From: a bacterium
GTDB lineage: Bacteria > Electryoneota > JAOADG01
Length of the DNA stretch: 64,000 nucleotides
Assembly: GCA_963681965.1 (NCBI GenBank)
Contig: OY820579.1
Coordinates: forward strand, 1,920,001-1,984,000
Reading direction: 5' to 3'
Both the position numbers and the translations under genes were made by a program. Of this stretch, positions 18,699-27,790 are shown in pieces. Position 1 is the first letter of the stretch; every line of letters starts with the position of its first letter. The notes beneath the pieces are model-generated. The model was not told where the DNA came from. It did no database searches and saw only the letters and a program-made list of their open reading frames with translations.

Positions 18699-19590
18699 GG
18701 TAATTAGTGGTGGTCTGGCACAAGTATTATCTTGTGATCATGGATCTAATTACTTACGAACACTTGGTTAAGAACGAACAAACAGCACGAAAATTCGTGT
18801 TGGGATTTTGCTGGAAAAACCAACAGCGATTTTGTCCCCGTTGTAACACCCGAAAACTATATCGGTTATCGGACCATCGTTATCGCTGTTCGGAATGCAA
18901 ATACACCTTCCACGACTTCAGTGGCAGATGGATCAACCATGGTTCTTTGAGTTGCCAGCAATGGCTTCGTATCGTAAAATTGTTTGAGCTCGAGCAGTCG
19001 GTGCGCAAGATTGCGAGCCAGTTGAATCTCGATTACGGAACGGCTTACAAAGCGGTTACCACGATTCGCTTGGCGATCCTGACGAATCAGATTAGTCCGC
19101 CGCTGGGCGGTAACATCGAGCTCGATGAAAGTTATTTCGGCGGCCATCGCAAAGGGAACCGTGGCCGTGGTGCGGCCGGTAAAGTCCCGGTATTCGGCAT
19201 TCTCCAGCAACATGGCAAAGTCGTTGTAGAAGTGGTTCCCGATGTCAGTGCCGAGACGCTGGTCGAGTTAACGGTAAAAAAAGTTCGTCGCGGCAGCATC
19301 ATTTACACCGACAAATTTCGCAGCTACGACAGTCTAATGTGCTGCGGTTATCGCCATCTGAAAGTCGATCACGGCAAACAATTTGTGAAAGGTCGTGTTC
19401 ACATCAATGGACTCGAAGGGTTCTGGAGCTGGGCAAAGGAACGGTTGATGAAACACCATGGCGTTTCGAAAGAGACTTTTCCGCTGTATCTCAAAGAGCT
19501 CGAGTTCAGGTACAATAATCGCGATCAGGATATCTTCAAAATGATCGTGCTATATCTGTCAACTATTGTGCCAAACCACCACTAATTACC
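18699..19590 (+). mobile_element. Complete IS1595-family insertion sequence (892 bp)
   Basis: 25-bp inverted repeats GGTAATTAGTGGTGGTCTGGCACAA (18699-18723) and TTGTGCCAAACCACCACTAATTACC (19566-19590), 1 mismatch; 8-bp direct repeat ATTACTTA at 18691-18698 and 19591-19598. Confidence 0.96.
18740..19585 (+). CDS. IS1595-family DDE transposase
   Basis: CPRC..CSEC Zn ribbon, HTH, ELDESYFGG, RGRGAAGKVPVFG, IYTD, HINGLEGFWS, YLKELEFRYN; stop codon lies inside the right inverted repeat. Confidence 0.96.
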   Translation: MDLITYEHLVKNEQTARKFVLGFCWKNQQRFCPRCNTRKLYRLSDHRYRCSECKYTFHDFSGRWINHGSLSCQQWLRIVKLFELEQSVRKIASQLNLDYGTAYKAVTTIRLAILTNQISPPLGGNIELDESYFGGHRKGNRGRGAAGKVPVFGILQQHGKVVVEVVPDVSAETLVELTVKKVRRGSIIYTDKFRSYDSLMCCGYRHLKVDHGKQFVKGRVHINGLEGFWSWAKERLMKHHGVSKETFPLYLKELEFRYNNRDQDIFKMIVLYLSTIVPNHH

Positions 19591-19816
19591 ATTACTTAAT
19601 ATGCTATCGAAACTGCTACAATCGCAATTCCCATGCAACCGTTTGTAAAATCACTACCTTCCAAATCCGCTCAAACCTATAGATTATTACAAATTTCAGA
19701 GATAACTTTTGTGAAATACTGAACAAATTTGATTTTCTAGTGGATTGCTTTCTTCCGCATTATATTACCCCGAGTCTTTCTAGGTATCGCATTTATCAGC
19801 TTCCTTAGGAGCGCGA

Positions 19817-20473
19817 ATGAACTGGCTGTTACGGATGTTATCGTCATCGATCGGTAAGAAAATCTTCATGGCGATTTCAGGTTTAATGCTAATCGGATTC
19901 CTGTTGGTGCATCTGGCAGGGAACTTCTCGATTTATGGCGGCAAGCCGGCACTTGCCGTGTATGCTCACACTCTCCATTTGGCGGGACCGCTAATCATCC
20001 TCGCTGAAATTATACTCGGATCGATTTTCGCTGCTCATATTACACTGGGTACAATCCTGTTTTTCAAGAATCGCCGAGCGCGACCGAGGCAATACGCTGT
20101 GAATCAAGATCGCGGTGGTCAGACATTTTCCAGTGTCACAATGCCATACAGTGGATTGCTGATCTTGGGTTTTCTGATTTTCCATTTGCTTGATTATACC
20201 GTTCAGAATTACCTCAATCATTGGACTGGCGAAGAACTTTCGCTCGCGGTATTCCAATCGTTCACTAGTCTTGGTCGGGTAGTATTCTATGTAGCGATGG
20301 TGGCAGTGGTCGGTATTCATATCAATCACGGCTTTTGGAGCTTGTTTCAAACGCTTGGTATAGGATCGTCGCGACATACTCCCGCACTGAAGAAACTGGC
20401 AACGCTACTCGGTTTTGTGTTTGCAGTCGGTTTCGGGTTACTGCCGATTTACGCTATGTCGTTTGTGAAGTGA
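19817..20473 (+). CDS. sdhC: Succinate dehydrogenase/fumarate reductase cytochrome b subunit
   Basis: [32 protein letters not shown]; 5 TM helices; first gene of sdhCAB. Confidence 0.93.
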   Translation: MNWLLRMLSSSIGKKIFMAISGLMLIGFLLVHLAGNFSIYGGKPALAVYAHTLHLAGPLIILAEIILGSIFAAHITLGTILFFKNRRARPRQYAVNQDRGGQTFSSVTMPYSGLLILGFLIFHLLDYTVQNYLNHWTGEELSLAVFQSFTSLGRVVFYVAMVAVVGIHINHGFWSLFQTLGIGSSRHTPALKKLATLLGFVFAVGFGLLPIYAMSFVK

Positions 20474-20480
20474 GGTATTC

Positions 20481-22394
20481 ATGAAACTAGATTCGAAAAT
20501 TCCCTCGGGACCGATTACTGAAAAATGGACAAAACACCGCTTCGACATGAAGTTGATCAATCCTGCCAACAAGCGGAAATACGACTTAATCGTGGTGGGT
20601 ACGGGTTTGGCTGGCGCTTCGGCGGCTGCTTCGCTCTCGGAACTTGGTTACAATGTCAAGGTGTTCACATTGCACGATTCCCCTCGTCGAGCGCATAGCA
20701 TTGCCGCCCAGGGTGGCATCAACGCTGCGAAAAACTATCCCAATGACGGCGACTCGATTTGGCGATTGTTCTATGACACCGTCAAAGGTGGCGATTATCG
20801 CGCTCGCGAAGCGAACGTATACCGCCTTGCAGAAGTCAGCAATAATATCATCGATCAGTGCGTTGGTCAGGGTGTTCCGTTTGCCCGCGAATACGGCGGA
20901 TTGCTTGACAATCGCAGCTTTGGTGGCGCTCAAGTGTCGCGGACGTTTTATGCCCGAGGTCAAACCGGTCAACAACTTCTTTTAGGCGCTTACAGCGCAC
21001 TCATGAAAGAAGTATCGCGGGGATCGGTACAGATGTATACCCGCCGCGATCTGGTCGATATCGTCGTAGTCGATGGTCAAGCGCGTGGTATCGTTGTTCG
21101 AAATTTGATCGATGGTAAACTCGAATCCTATTCCGGACACGCAGTCATCCTTTGTACTGGTGGCTACGGAAACACTTATTTCTTGTCGACAAATGCGATG
21201 AATTGCAACGTTTCCGCTGCAATGGCTGCCTATAAAAAAGGGGCTGCGTTCGCCAATCCGTGCTTCACGCAAATCCATCCAACCTGTATCCCCGTTCATG
21301 GTGATTATCAATCGAAATTGACACTAATGAGCGAGAGCTTGCGCAATGACGGTCGAGTTTGGGTTCCGCGCACCGCGAAGGATCCTCGTCAACCCTCACA
21401 AATCCCGGAATCGGAACGTTACTATTACCTCGAAGAGCGGTACCCGAGCTTCGGTAATCTTGTTCCGCGCGACGTGGCTTCGCGAGCAGCTAAACTGGTT
21501 TGTGACAATGGAATGGGTGTTGGTTCGACGAATTTAGCCGTCTATCTCGATTTCTCCGATTCAATCAAGCGATTGGGTAAGCATGTTATCGTCGAACGGT
21601 ACGGCAACTTGTTCGATATGTATGAAAAGATCACCGGAGTGAATCCCTATCAAGAACCGATGATGATTTATCCGGCGATCCACTATGCAATGGGTGGTAT
21701 CTGGGTCGACTACAACTTAATGTCGACCTTACCCGGTCTGCATGTCTTGGGCGAAGCGAATTTCAGCGATCACGGTGCGAATCGGCTTGGTGCTAGCGCC
21801 TTGATGCAAGGACTTGCCGACGGTTATTTCGTGATTCCTTACACCATCGGGCATTATCTCGCGACTGCTAAATTTTCCAAAGTCGACACCAATCAAGCTG
21901 AATTCAAAGCTGCTGAACAGGCGGAAGCAGCTAAGATTAAACGGTTAATGTCGATTGACGGCAAGCGCAATGTTGACGATTTCCACCGTGAACTTGGCAA
22001 GATCATGTGGGACAATGTTGGCATGGGTCGGAACGAAAAAGGCTTGAAACTTGCATTGGATCGCATTCCCACACTGCGTGAAGAATTCTGGAAAAATTTG
22101 AAAGTGACCGGAACCGCCGATAGTTTCAATCAGACCCTTGAAAAAGCTTATCGGGTTGCTGATTTCCTTGAATTTTCCGAATTATTGACGCTCGATGCGT
22201 TGACTCGTAAAGAATCCTGCGGTGGACATTTCCGGGAAGAATCGCAGACCGAAGACAATGAAGCAAAACGCGACGACGAGAACTTCTGTCATGCTGCAGT
22301 TTGGGAATTCAACGGCGAGAACAAAGCGCCAACGCTCCATACCGAACCGTTACAATTCGAACACGTGCACCCTTCGCAGAGGAGTTACAAATAA
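20481..22394 (+). CDS. sdhA: Succinate dehydrogenase/fumarate reductase flavoprotein subunit
   Basis: [21 protein letters not shown] covalent FAD motif, [26 protein letters not shown]. Confidence 0.97.
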   Translation: MKLDSKIPSGPITEKWTKHRFDMKLINPANKRKYDLIVVGTGLAGASAAASLSELGYNVKVFTLHDSPRRAHSIAAQGGINAAKNYPNDGDSIWRLFYDTVKGGDYRAREANVYRLAEVSNNIIDQCVGQGVPFAREYGGLLDNRSFGGAQVSRTFYARGQTGQQLLLGAYSALMKEVSRGSVQMYTRRDLVDIVVVDGQARGIVVRNLIDGKLESYSGHAVILCTGGYGNTYFLSTNAMNCNVSAAMAAYKKGAAFANPCFTQIHPTCIPVHGDYQSKLTLMSESLRNDGRVWVPRTAKDPRQPSQIPESERYYYLEERYPSFGNLVPRDVASRAAKLVCDNGMGVGSTNLAVYLDFSDSIKRLGKHVIVERYGNLFDMYEKITGVNPYQEPMMIYPAIHYAMGGIWVDYNLMSTLPGLHVLGEANFSDHGANRLGASALMQGLADGYFVIPYTIGHYLATAKFSKVDTNQAEFKAAEQAEAAKIKRLMSIDGKRNVDDFHRELGKIMWDNVGMGRNEKGLKLALDRIPTLREEFWKNLKVTGTADSFNQTLEKAYRVADFLEFSELLTLDALTRKESCGGHFREESQTEDNEAKRDDENFCHAAVWEFNGENKAPTLHTEPLQFEHVHPSQRSYK

Positions 22395-23188
22395 TGAGCG
22401 CGAATCACTCCGATACGATTAATCTGACCCTGAAAGTATGGCGGCAAGCGAATACCAGTGCTTCCGGTCAGTTTGAAACTTATCCTGCGAATAATATCTC
22501 GACGGAAATGTCGTTCCTTGAGATGCTCGATGTCGTGAATGACCAGCTCGCATTGAAGGGGATTGAACCGATCGCATTCGATCACGATTGCCGCGAAGGG
22601 ATCTGCGGATGCTGTGGTGCAGTGATTAACGGTCAGGCACACGGCAGATTGAAAGGCACTACGCTTTGTCAATTGCACATGCGCTGGTTTAAAGATGGTG
22701 AGACATTATGGATCGAACCGTTCCGCGCGGCAGCATTTCCCATAATCAAAGATCTGGTCGTGAATCGAAGTGCTTTCGACCAGATTATCTCCGCTGGCGG
22801 TTTTATTTCGGTGAAAACCAATTCTGTCCCTAACGCCAACGTAATTCTGATTCCGAAGGATGATGCCGAACTTGCGATGGATGCCGCCGCTTGTATCGGA
22901 TGTGGTGCATGTGTAGCCGCGTGTCCCAATGGGTCGGCAATGTTGTTTGTTTCTGCCAAAATCAGCCATATGGGTCATTTGCCGCAGGGTCAACCGGAAC
23001 GGTACCAACGAGTGCTGGGAATGGTAAAAAAGATGGACGAATTGGGATTTGGTAACTGCACGAATCATTTGGAATGTGAAGCGTCTTGCCCGAAAGAAAT
23101 TAAAATCACCAATATCACGAGGTTAAATCGAGATTATCTAGTAGCGAAATTAGCCAAAGGAGATCCGGTAGACAATTCTAACGAGTAG
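22394..23188 (+). CDS. sdhB: Succinate dehydrogenase/fumarate reductase Fe-S subunit
   Basis: [35 protein letters not shown]; ATG 22394 overlaps the sdhA stop. Confidence 0.96.
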   Translation: MSANHSDTINLTLKVWRQANTSASGQFETYPANNISTEMSFLEMLDVVNDQLALKGIEPIAFDHDCREGICGCCGAVINGQAHGRLKGTTLCQLHMRWFKDGETLWIEPFRAAAFPIIKDLVVNRSAFDQIISAGGFISVKTNSVPNANVILIPKDDAELAMDAAACIGCGACVAACPNGSAMLFVSAKISHMGHLPQGQPERYQRVLGMVKKMDELGFGNCTNHLECEASCPKEIKITNITRLNRDYLVAKLAKGDPVDNSNE

Positions 23189-23221
23189 TATTTCTCAAGA
23201 AAAAAGTATATATTTATGCTC

Positions 23222-23325
23222 TCGTGTGGTACATGGCGAGTAAGCAGTGAGTTGTTTCGGTAACGATTCTCTAGAGAAACTGTAATCGATTGTACTTGAT
23301 GCTTACGTGAAAGTCAACCACACGA
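23222..23325 (+). promoter_or_regulatory. Candidate structured 5' leader RNA (unassigned family)
   Basis: Nested complementary pairs TCGTGTGGT/ACCACACGA and GTAAGCA/TGCTTAC plus an inner G-U-containing hairpin. Confidence 0.4.
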
Positions 23326-23375
23326 TTCTATTTTTAGCTGGTTTTACGTTCTGTGTTGTAGTGTTGTAACGACTT

Positions 23376-25418
23376 ATGGACGAATCAATTCCTCGGGCAA
23401 TTCTTCACAAGTTCAAGCGATATATCGTTGGACCTGCCCGTGATTTAACTGACCGCTCGATTTTTCACAAAATCTCGTTGATCGCCTTTTTTGCCTGGGT
23501 CGGTCTTGGAGCGGATGGTCTCTCCTCGTCCTGTTATGGTCCTGAAGAAATTTTCCGGGTCCTGCATCTTCACCCCTACCTCGCTATCTTTGTCGGTATT
23601 GGCACTGCGATCACGATTTTTATCATTAGTGCCAGTTATTCCCAACTGATCGAATTGTTTCCATACGGTGGTGGCGGCTATCTCGTTGCCAGCAAATTGC
23701 TCTCCCCGAAAGTTGGGATGATTGCCGGCTGCTCACTCCTAATCGATTATATCTTAACGATTGCATTATCGGTCGCCAGTGGTGTCGATGCCTTCTTCAG
23801 CATGTTACCACCGGAATGGCAGGCTTTCAAGCTGTCGATTGCTCTGACCGGTGTCTTTATGCTGATTGTGCTCAATTTGCGTGGCGTGAAAGAATCGGTT
23901 TTACCATTGCTACCTATCTTTATAATTTTTCTTTTAACTCACACATTTGTAATTATATACGGATTTTTCTCACACGCTCTGGATTTCCCGCAATTAGTCC
24001 AAAATACGCAATCGGATTTAAGTTCATCTTTCAATGAATTGGGTATCGTCGGTGCTCTGCTATTAATGATGAAAGCCTACTCGATGGGTGCCGGTACGTA
24101 TACCGGTATCGAAGCTGTCAGTAACGGGATGCCGATCTTGCGGGAACCGAAGATTCAAACCGCTCATCGCACGATGCGCTATATGTCGATATCGTTGGCA
24201 TTTACTGCGATGGGTTTGATCACAGCCTATGCATTGTTCCAAGTGTCGCCCAGCGATACCAAGACGTTGAATGCGGTGTTGCTGGATAGTGTTACAAGCG
24301 CTTGGTCGCCACTGGTGAGTTCGACATTTGTCATTATAACGCTGATTAGCGAAACCGCTATGCTATTTGTCGCAGCGCAGACTGGTTTCATCGGTGGTCC
24401 GGCAGTTCTGGCAAATATGGCGATCGATCGCTGGTTTCCCACCAAATTTGCGTCTTTAAGTGACCGTTTCGTCACTCATAACGGCATCATCATGATGGGT
24501 TTAGCTGCGATTGTGATATTGCTGATCAGCCTTGGTTCGGTCCATTATCTCGTAATTCTCTATTCTATCAACGTATTTATTACGTTCACCTTGTCTCAAC
24601 TTGGGATGGTGAAACACTGGTGGAATGTGAAATCGACTGAACCGAAGTGGTTGTGGAAGTTGTCGATCAACGGTGTTGGTCTGCTATTAACAACCTTTAT
24701 TCTAATTTCAGTCGTAATCTTGAAATTTGGTGAAGGCGGTTGGATCACGTTGATCATCACTGGAAGTTTAGTTGCCTTCGTGAGTTTGATTCGGAAGCAA
24801 TACGAGATTACCAGTAAGCGATTGACGCATCTGGATGCGTTAGTCGAAGCGACTGAAATGGCGCCGATGTCGAGCTTAAGTGCTCGCAATGGTAAGAGCG
24901 AGATTTCGTTCGACCCCACGGGTAAGACTGCTGTAATCTTGGTCAGCGGTTTCAATGGTCCCGGTCTTCATACCTTTTTCACAGTGTTGCGTCAATTTAA
25001 AGATGTATTCAAGAACTTTGTCTTTATATGTGTCGGTCAAATCGATGCCGGGAACTTTAAAGGTATTGAAGAACTGGATAATTTGAAGATCCACGTCAAA
25101 GAAGAAGTTCAACGGTATGAAAAACTAGCTTTATCCCACGGGATTTACGCCAAGGGAATAGATTTAATCGGTACCGATGTCGTGGAAGCGATCACAGAAA
25201 AAGCGCCGGAAATTATGGAAACATACAAGAATGCGATCTTTTTCGGCACTCAAACGATCTTTACCGACGAATTAGTCTTTTCACGGTGGCTTCACAACTA
25301 CACTCTTTTCTCGCTGCAGCAAAGATTGAGTTATCACGGTATTCCGCTGCTGATTATTCCCATTCGGACCTATAAGGAAGAAGACGATCTTCGCCGTGGT
25401 GTTCCGAGTATTGTATAA
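23376..25418 (+). CDS. APC-superfamily permease, KimA/KUP-like potassium transporter (copy 1)
   Basis: ADGLSSSCYGPEE (D-x6-Y), GGGGYLVAS, LIDYILT, NLRGVKES, TGIEAVSNG; about 12 TM helices plus soluble C-terminal domain. Confidence 0.85.
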   Translation: MDESIPRAILHKFKRYIVGPARDLTDRSIFHKISLIAFFAWVGLGADGLSSSCYGPEEIFRVLHLHPYLAIFVGIGTAITIFIISASYSQLIELFPYGGGGYLVASKLLSPKVGMIAGCSLLIDYILTIALSVASGVDAFFSMLPPEWQAFKLSIALTGVFMLIVLNLRGVKESVLPLLPIFIIFLLTHTFVIIYGFFSHALDFPQLVQNTQSDLSSSFNELGIVGALLLMMKAYSMGAGTYTGIEAVSNGMPILREPKIQTAHRTMRYMSISLAFTAMGLITAYALFQVSPSDTKTLNAVLLDSVTSAWSPLVSSTFVIITLISETAMLFVAAQTGFIGGPAVLANMAIDRWFPTKFASLSDRFVTHNGIIMMGLAAIVILLISLGSVHYLVILYSINVFITFTLSQLGMVKHWWNVKSTEPKWLWKLSINGVGLLLTTFILISVVILKFGEGGWITLIITGSLVAFVSLIRKQYEITSKRLTHLDALVEATEMAPMSSLSARNGKSEISFDPTGKTAVILVSGFNGPGLHTFFTVLRQFKDVFKNFVFICVGQIDAGNFKGIEELDNLKIHVKEEVQRYEKLALSHGIYAKGIDLIGTDVVEAITEKAPEIMETYKNAIFFGTQTIFTDELVFSRWLHNYTLFSLQQRLSYHGIPLLIIPIRTYKEEDDLRRGVPSIV

Positions 25419-25447
25419 CAAGGTTTATTCGTAGCAGGAATTCAGAA

Positions 25448-27475
25448 GTGTCTCCAACTATTTTCCATCGTGTCAAGCGGGTGGTTTTGGGTCCTGCACG
25501 TGATGTCACCGACCGGTCGATCTTCCATAAACTCTCGTTGATTGCGTTTTTCGCGTGGGTCGGTCTCGGTGCCGACGGTCTCTCTTCTTCGTGTTACGGT
25601 CCCGAAGAAATGTTCCGGGTGCTCCATCTACATCCGTTTCTCGCAGTATTTGTTGCGATTGGAACGGCAATCACCATCTTCACGATTAGTGCCAGCTATT
25701 CGCAAATCATTTCGCTTTTCCCCTCGGGTGGCGGTGGCTACTTGGTTGCAAGTAAGCTACTATCCCCGAAAGTGGGGATGGTCTCCGGTTGTACGCTGCT
25801 GATTGATTATATTTTGACGATTGCGTTATCGGTGGCTAGTGGTATCGATGCTTTATTCAGTCTGTTTCCCCCACAATATCATGTTTACAAACTGCCGCTA
25901 ATCATGGTAGGAATACTGTTCTTGATTTTGCTCAATCTGCGTGGTGTAAAAGAATCAGTCATTACATTACTGCCGATCTTTCTTGCCTTTGTTGTTACTC
26001 ATTTGATCGTGATAGTCTATGTATTCGGAGTTCATTCGCTTGATTTACCGACATTAGTACAAAATACCAGTTCCGATATGACGGTTTCATTTAAGGAATT
26101 GGGTTTCTTCGGCGCGCTGGCATTGATGATGAAGGCATATTCGATGGGTGCCGGTACCTATACGGGAATTGAAGCGGTCAGCAACGGTATGCCGATTCTA
26201 CGCGAACCAAAGATCCAAACGGCACACCGGACGATGCGCTATATGTCGATTTCGTTGGCTTTCACTGCTGTTGGATTGATTACTGCCTATGCTCTATACG
26301 AACTGAAACCGAGTGATACCCAAACGTTGAATGCCGTGTTATTTGAGCGAATCACCGCGAATTGGACGGCGCCGTTTGGATCGATCTTTGTTTGGATAAC
26401 GTTGCTTAGCGAAACGGCATTGCTCTTTGTAGCTGCACAAACAGGTTTTCTCGACGGTCCTCGGGTTCTGGCAAATATGGCATTGGATAAATGGTTTCCT
26501 ACGAAATTTGCCTCGCTTAGCGATCGGTTTGTCACTCACAATGGCATCATCATGATGGGTGTCGCTGCCGGGATTGTGCTGGCGATCAGTCTGGGTTCGG
26601 TACATTATTTGGTTGTGTTGTATTCGATCAACGTCTTCATCACATTTTCGTTGTCCCAATTGGGAATGGTCAGACATTGGTGGCAAGTGCGGAATAGTGA
26701 ACCGAAGTGGCGACGCAAACTTATCGTGAATGGTGTCGGTTTAATGATGACTTCGTTTATTTTAATTTCGGTAATCGTGCTCAAATTCGAGGAAGGCGGT
26801 TGGATCACGTTGCTGATAACGGGGAGTCTCGTTGCTTTTGTCTCGCTCATTCAATGGCAGTACAAAGTAACTTCGCAGCGGTTGAAACATCTGGATACAT
26901 TGGTGGAAGCAACCGAATTACAGCCGGCAATCAATGAGAGAAAATCGCAGCCGGTAAATACCGAATTCGATCCGTTTGCTCCCACTGCCGTCATTTTGGT
27001 CAGTGGTTTCAATGGTCCTGGACTTCACACATTCTTCACTGTACTTCGGCGATTTAAAAATGTATACAAAAACTTCGTGTTCGTTTCTGTCGGGTCAGTC
27101 GATGCTGGAAATTTCAAAGGAATCGAAGAGATCGACCATCTAACGGAACACGTAAAAACCGAAGTTGATCGATATGTTCGGCTGGCGCAAACGCATGGAT
27201 TTTATGCGGAATCTTTTCCGTTAATTGGAACCGATGTCGTTCAAACGATCATGGAAAATTCGCCGCAAATTATGAAAAAATTCCCGAATGCAATTTTCTT
27301 CGGTACCCAGATTATTTTTACGGAAGAAATTGTCTTCTCGCGCTGGCTACATAATTACACACTATTCGCCATCCAACGTAAATTGAGTTACGACGGTATA
27401 CCGATGCTGGTCATCCCCATTCGCACCTACCGGGAAGCCGACGATTTACAAAAGGGCGCCGTTACGGCGCGTTAA
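25448..27475 (+). CDS. APC-superfamily permease, KimA/KUP-like potassium transporter (copy 2)
   Basis: Same motifs, full-length colinear paralog of 23376-25418; GTG start. Confidence 0.85.
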   Translation: MSPTIFHRVKRVVLGPARDVTDRSIFHKLSLIAFFAWVGLGADGLSSSCYGPEEMFRVLHLHPFLAVFVAIGTAITIFTISASYSQIISLFPSGGGGYLVASKLLSPKVGMVSGCTLLIDYILTIALSVASGIDALFSLFPPQYHVYKLPLIMVGILFLILLNLRGVKESVITLLPIFLAFVVTHLIVIVYVFGVHSLDLPTLVQNTSSDMTVSFKELGFFGALALMMKAYSMGAGTYTGIEAVSNGMPILREPKIQTAHRTMRYMSISLAFTAVGLITAYALYELKPSDTQTLNAVLFERITANWTAPFGSIFVWITLLSETALLFVAAQTGFLDGPRVLANMALDKWFPTKFASLSDRFVTHNGIIMMGVAAGIVLAISLGSVHYLVVLYSINVFITFSLSQLGMVRHWWQVRNSEPKWRRKLIVNGVGLMMTSFILISVIVLKFEEGGWITLLITGSLVAFVSLIQWQYKVTSQRLKHLDTLVEATELQPAINERKSQPVNTEFDPFAPTAVILVSGFNGPGLHTFFTVLRRFKNVYKNFVFVSVGSVDAGNFKGIEEIDHLTEHVKTEVDRYVRLAQTHGFYAESFPLIGTDVVQTIMENSPQIMKKFPNAIFFGTQIIFTEEIVFSRWLHNYTLFAIQRKLSYDGIPMLVIPIRTYREADDLQKGAVTAR

Positions 27476-27497
27476 GCCAATTGAAGGAGTTACCACT

Positions 27498-27704
27498 ATG
27501 ATGGGATTACCGTTGACAGGCGTATGTCCGCATTGCAAGCAGAGTACCGGGATTGAATCCGAAACGCGCAATCTCCCGTCTTCCGGCGGAAGCTTTCCGG
27601 TTGCAATCGTACGATGTGCCTCGTGTAAATCGATTTTAGGTGTGACATTAACCCGGGAAGCAATTCAGGATGCCGTGAAAGAAGCGGTAAAACGGATTGG
27701 ATAG
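27498..27704 (+). CDS. Small zinc-ribbon protein
   Basis: CPHC..CASC pairs; AAGGAG RBS; 22 bp after the permease stop. Confidence 0.7.
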   Translation: MMGLPLTGVCPHCKQSTGIESETRNLPSSGGSFPVAIVRCASCKSILGVTLTREAIQDAVKEAVKRIG

Positions 27705-27730
27705 TTTCAATAATTCACGAAATTTGATAC

Positions 27731-27766
27731 CAAACAAAACAGGGGCGAATGTGATTTTCGCCCCTG
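27731..27766 (-). terminator. Intrinsic terminator between convergent genes
   Basis: CAGGGGCGAA/TTCGCCCCTG stem with T-rich tail on the minus strand. Confidence 0.75.
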
Positions 27767-27790
27767 CTCGATTTAATACTACATGACTTG

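Noticed and set aside
18673-18739. Upstream extensions of the PEGA ORF (to 18723) and the transposase (from 18707)
   Set aside because: Both extensions run into the IS inverted repeat; better starts are 18672 and 18740
23222-23375. Canonical c-di-AMP (ydaO) riboswitch
   Set aside because: Expected from gene context, but the family's conserved sequence segments are not visible; kept only as an unassigned candidate RNA
23376-27475. Tandem permeases as an assembly artefact
   Set aside because: The copies differ extensively in DNA and protein sequence, so this is a real, older duplication
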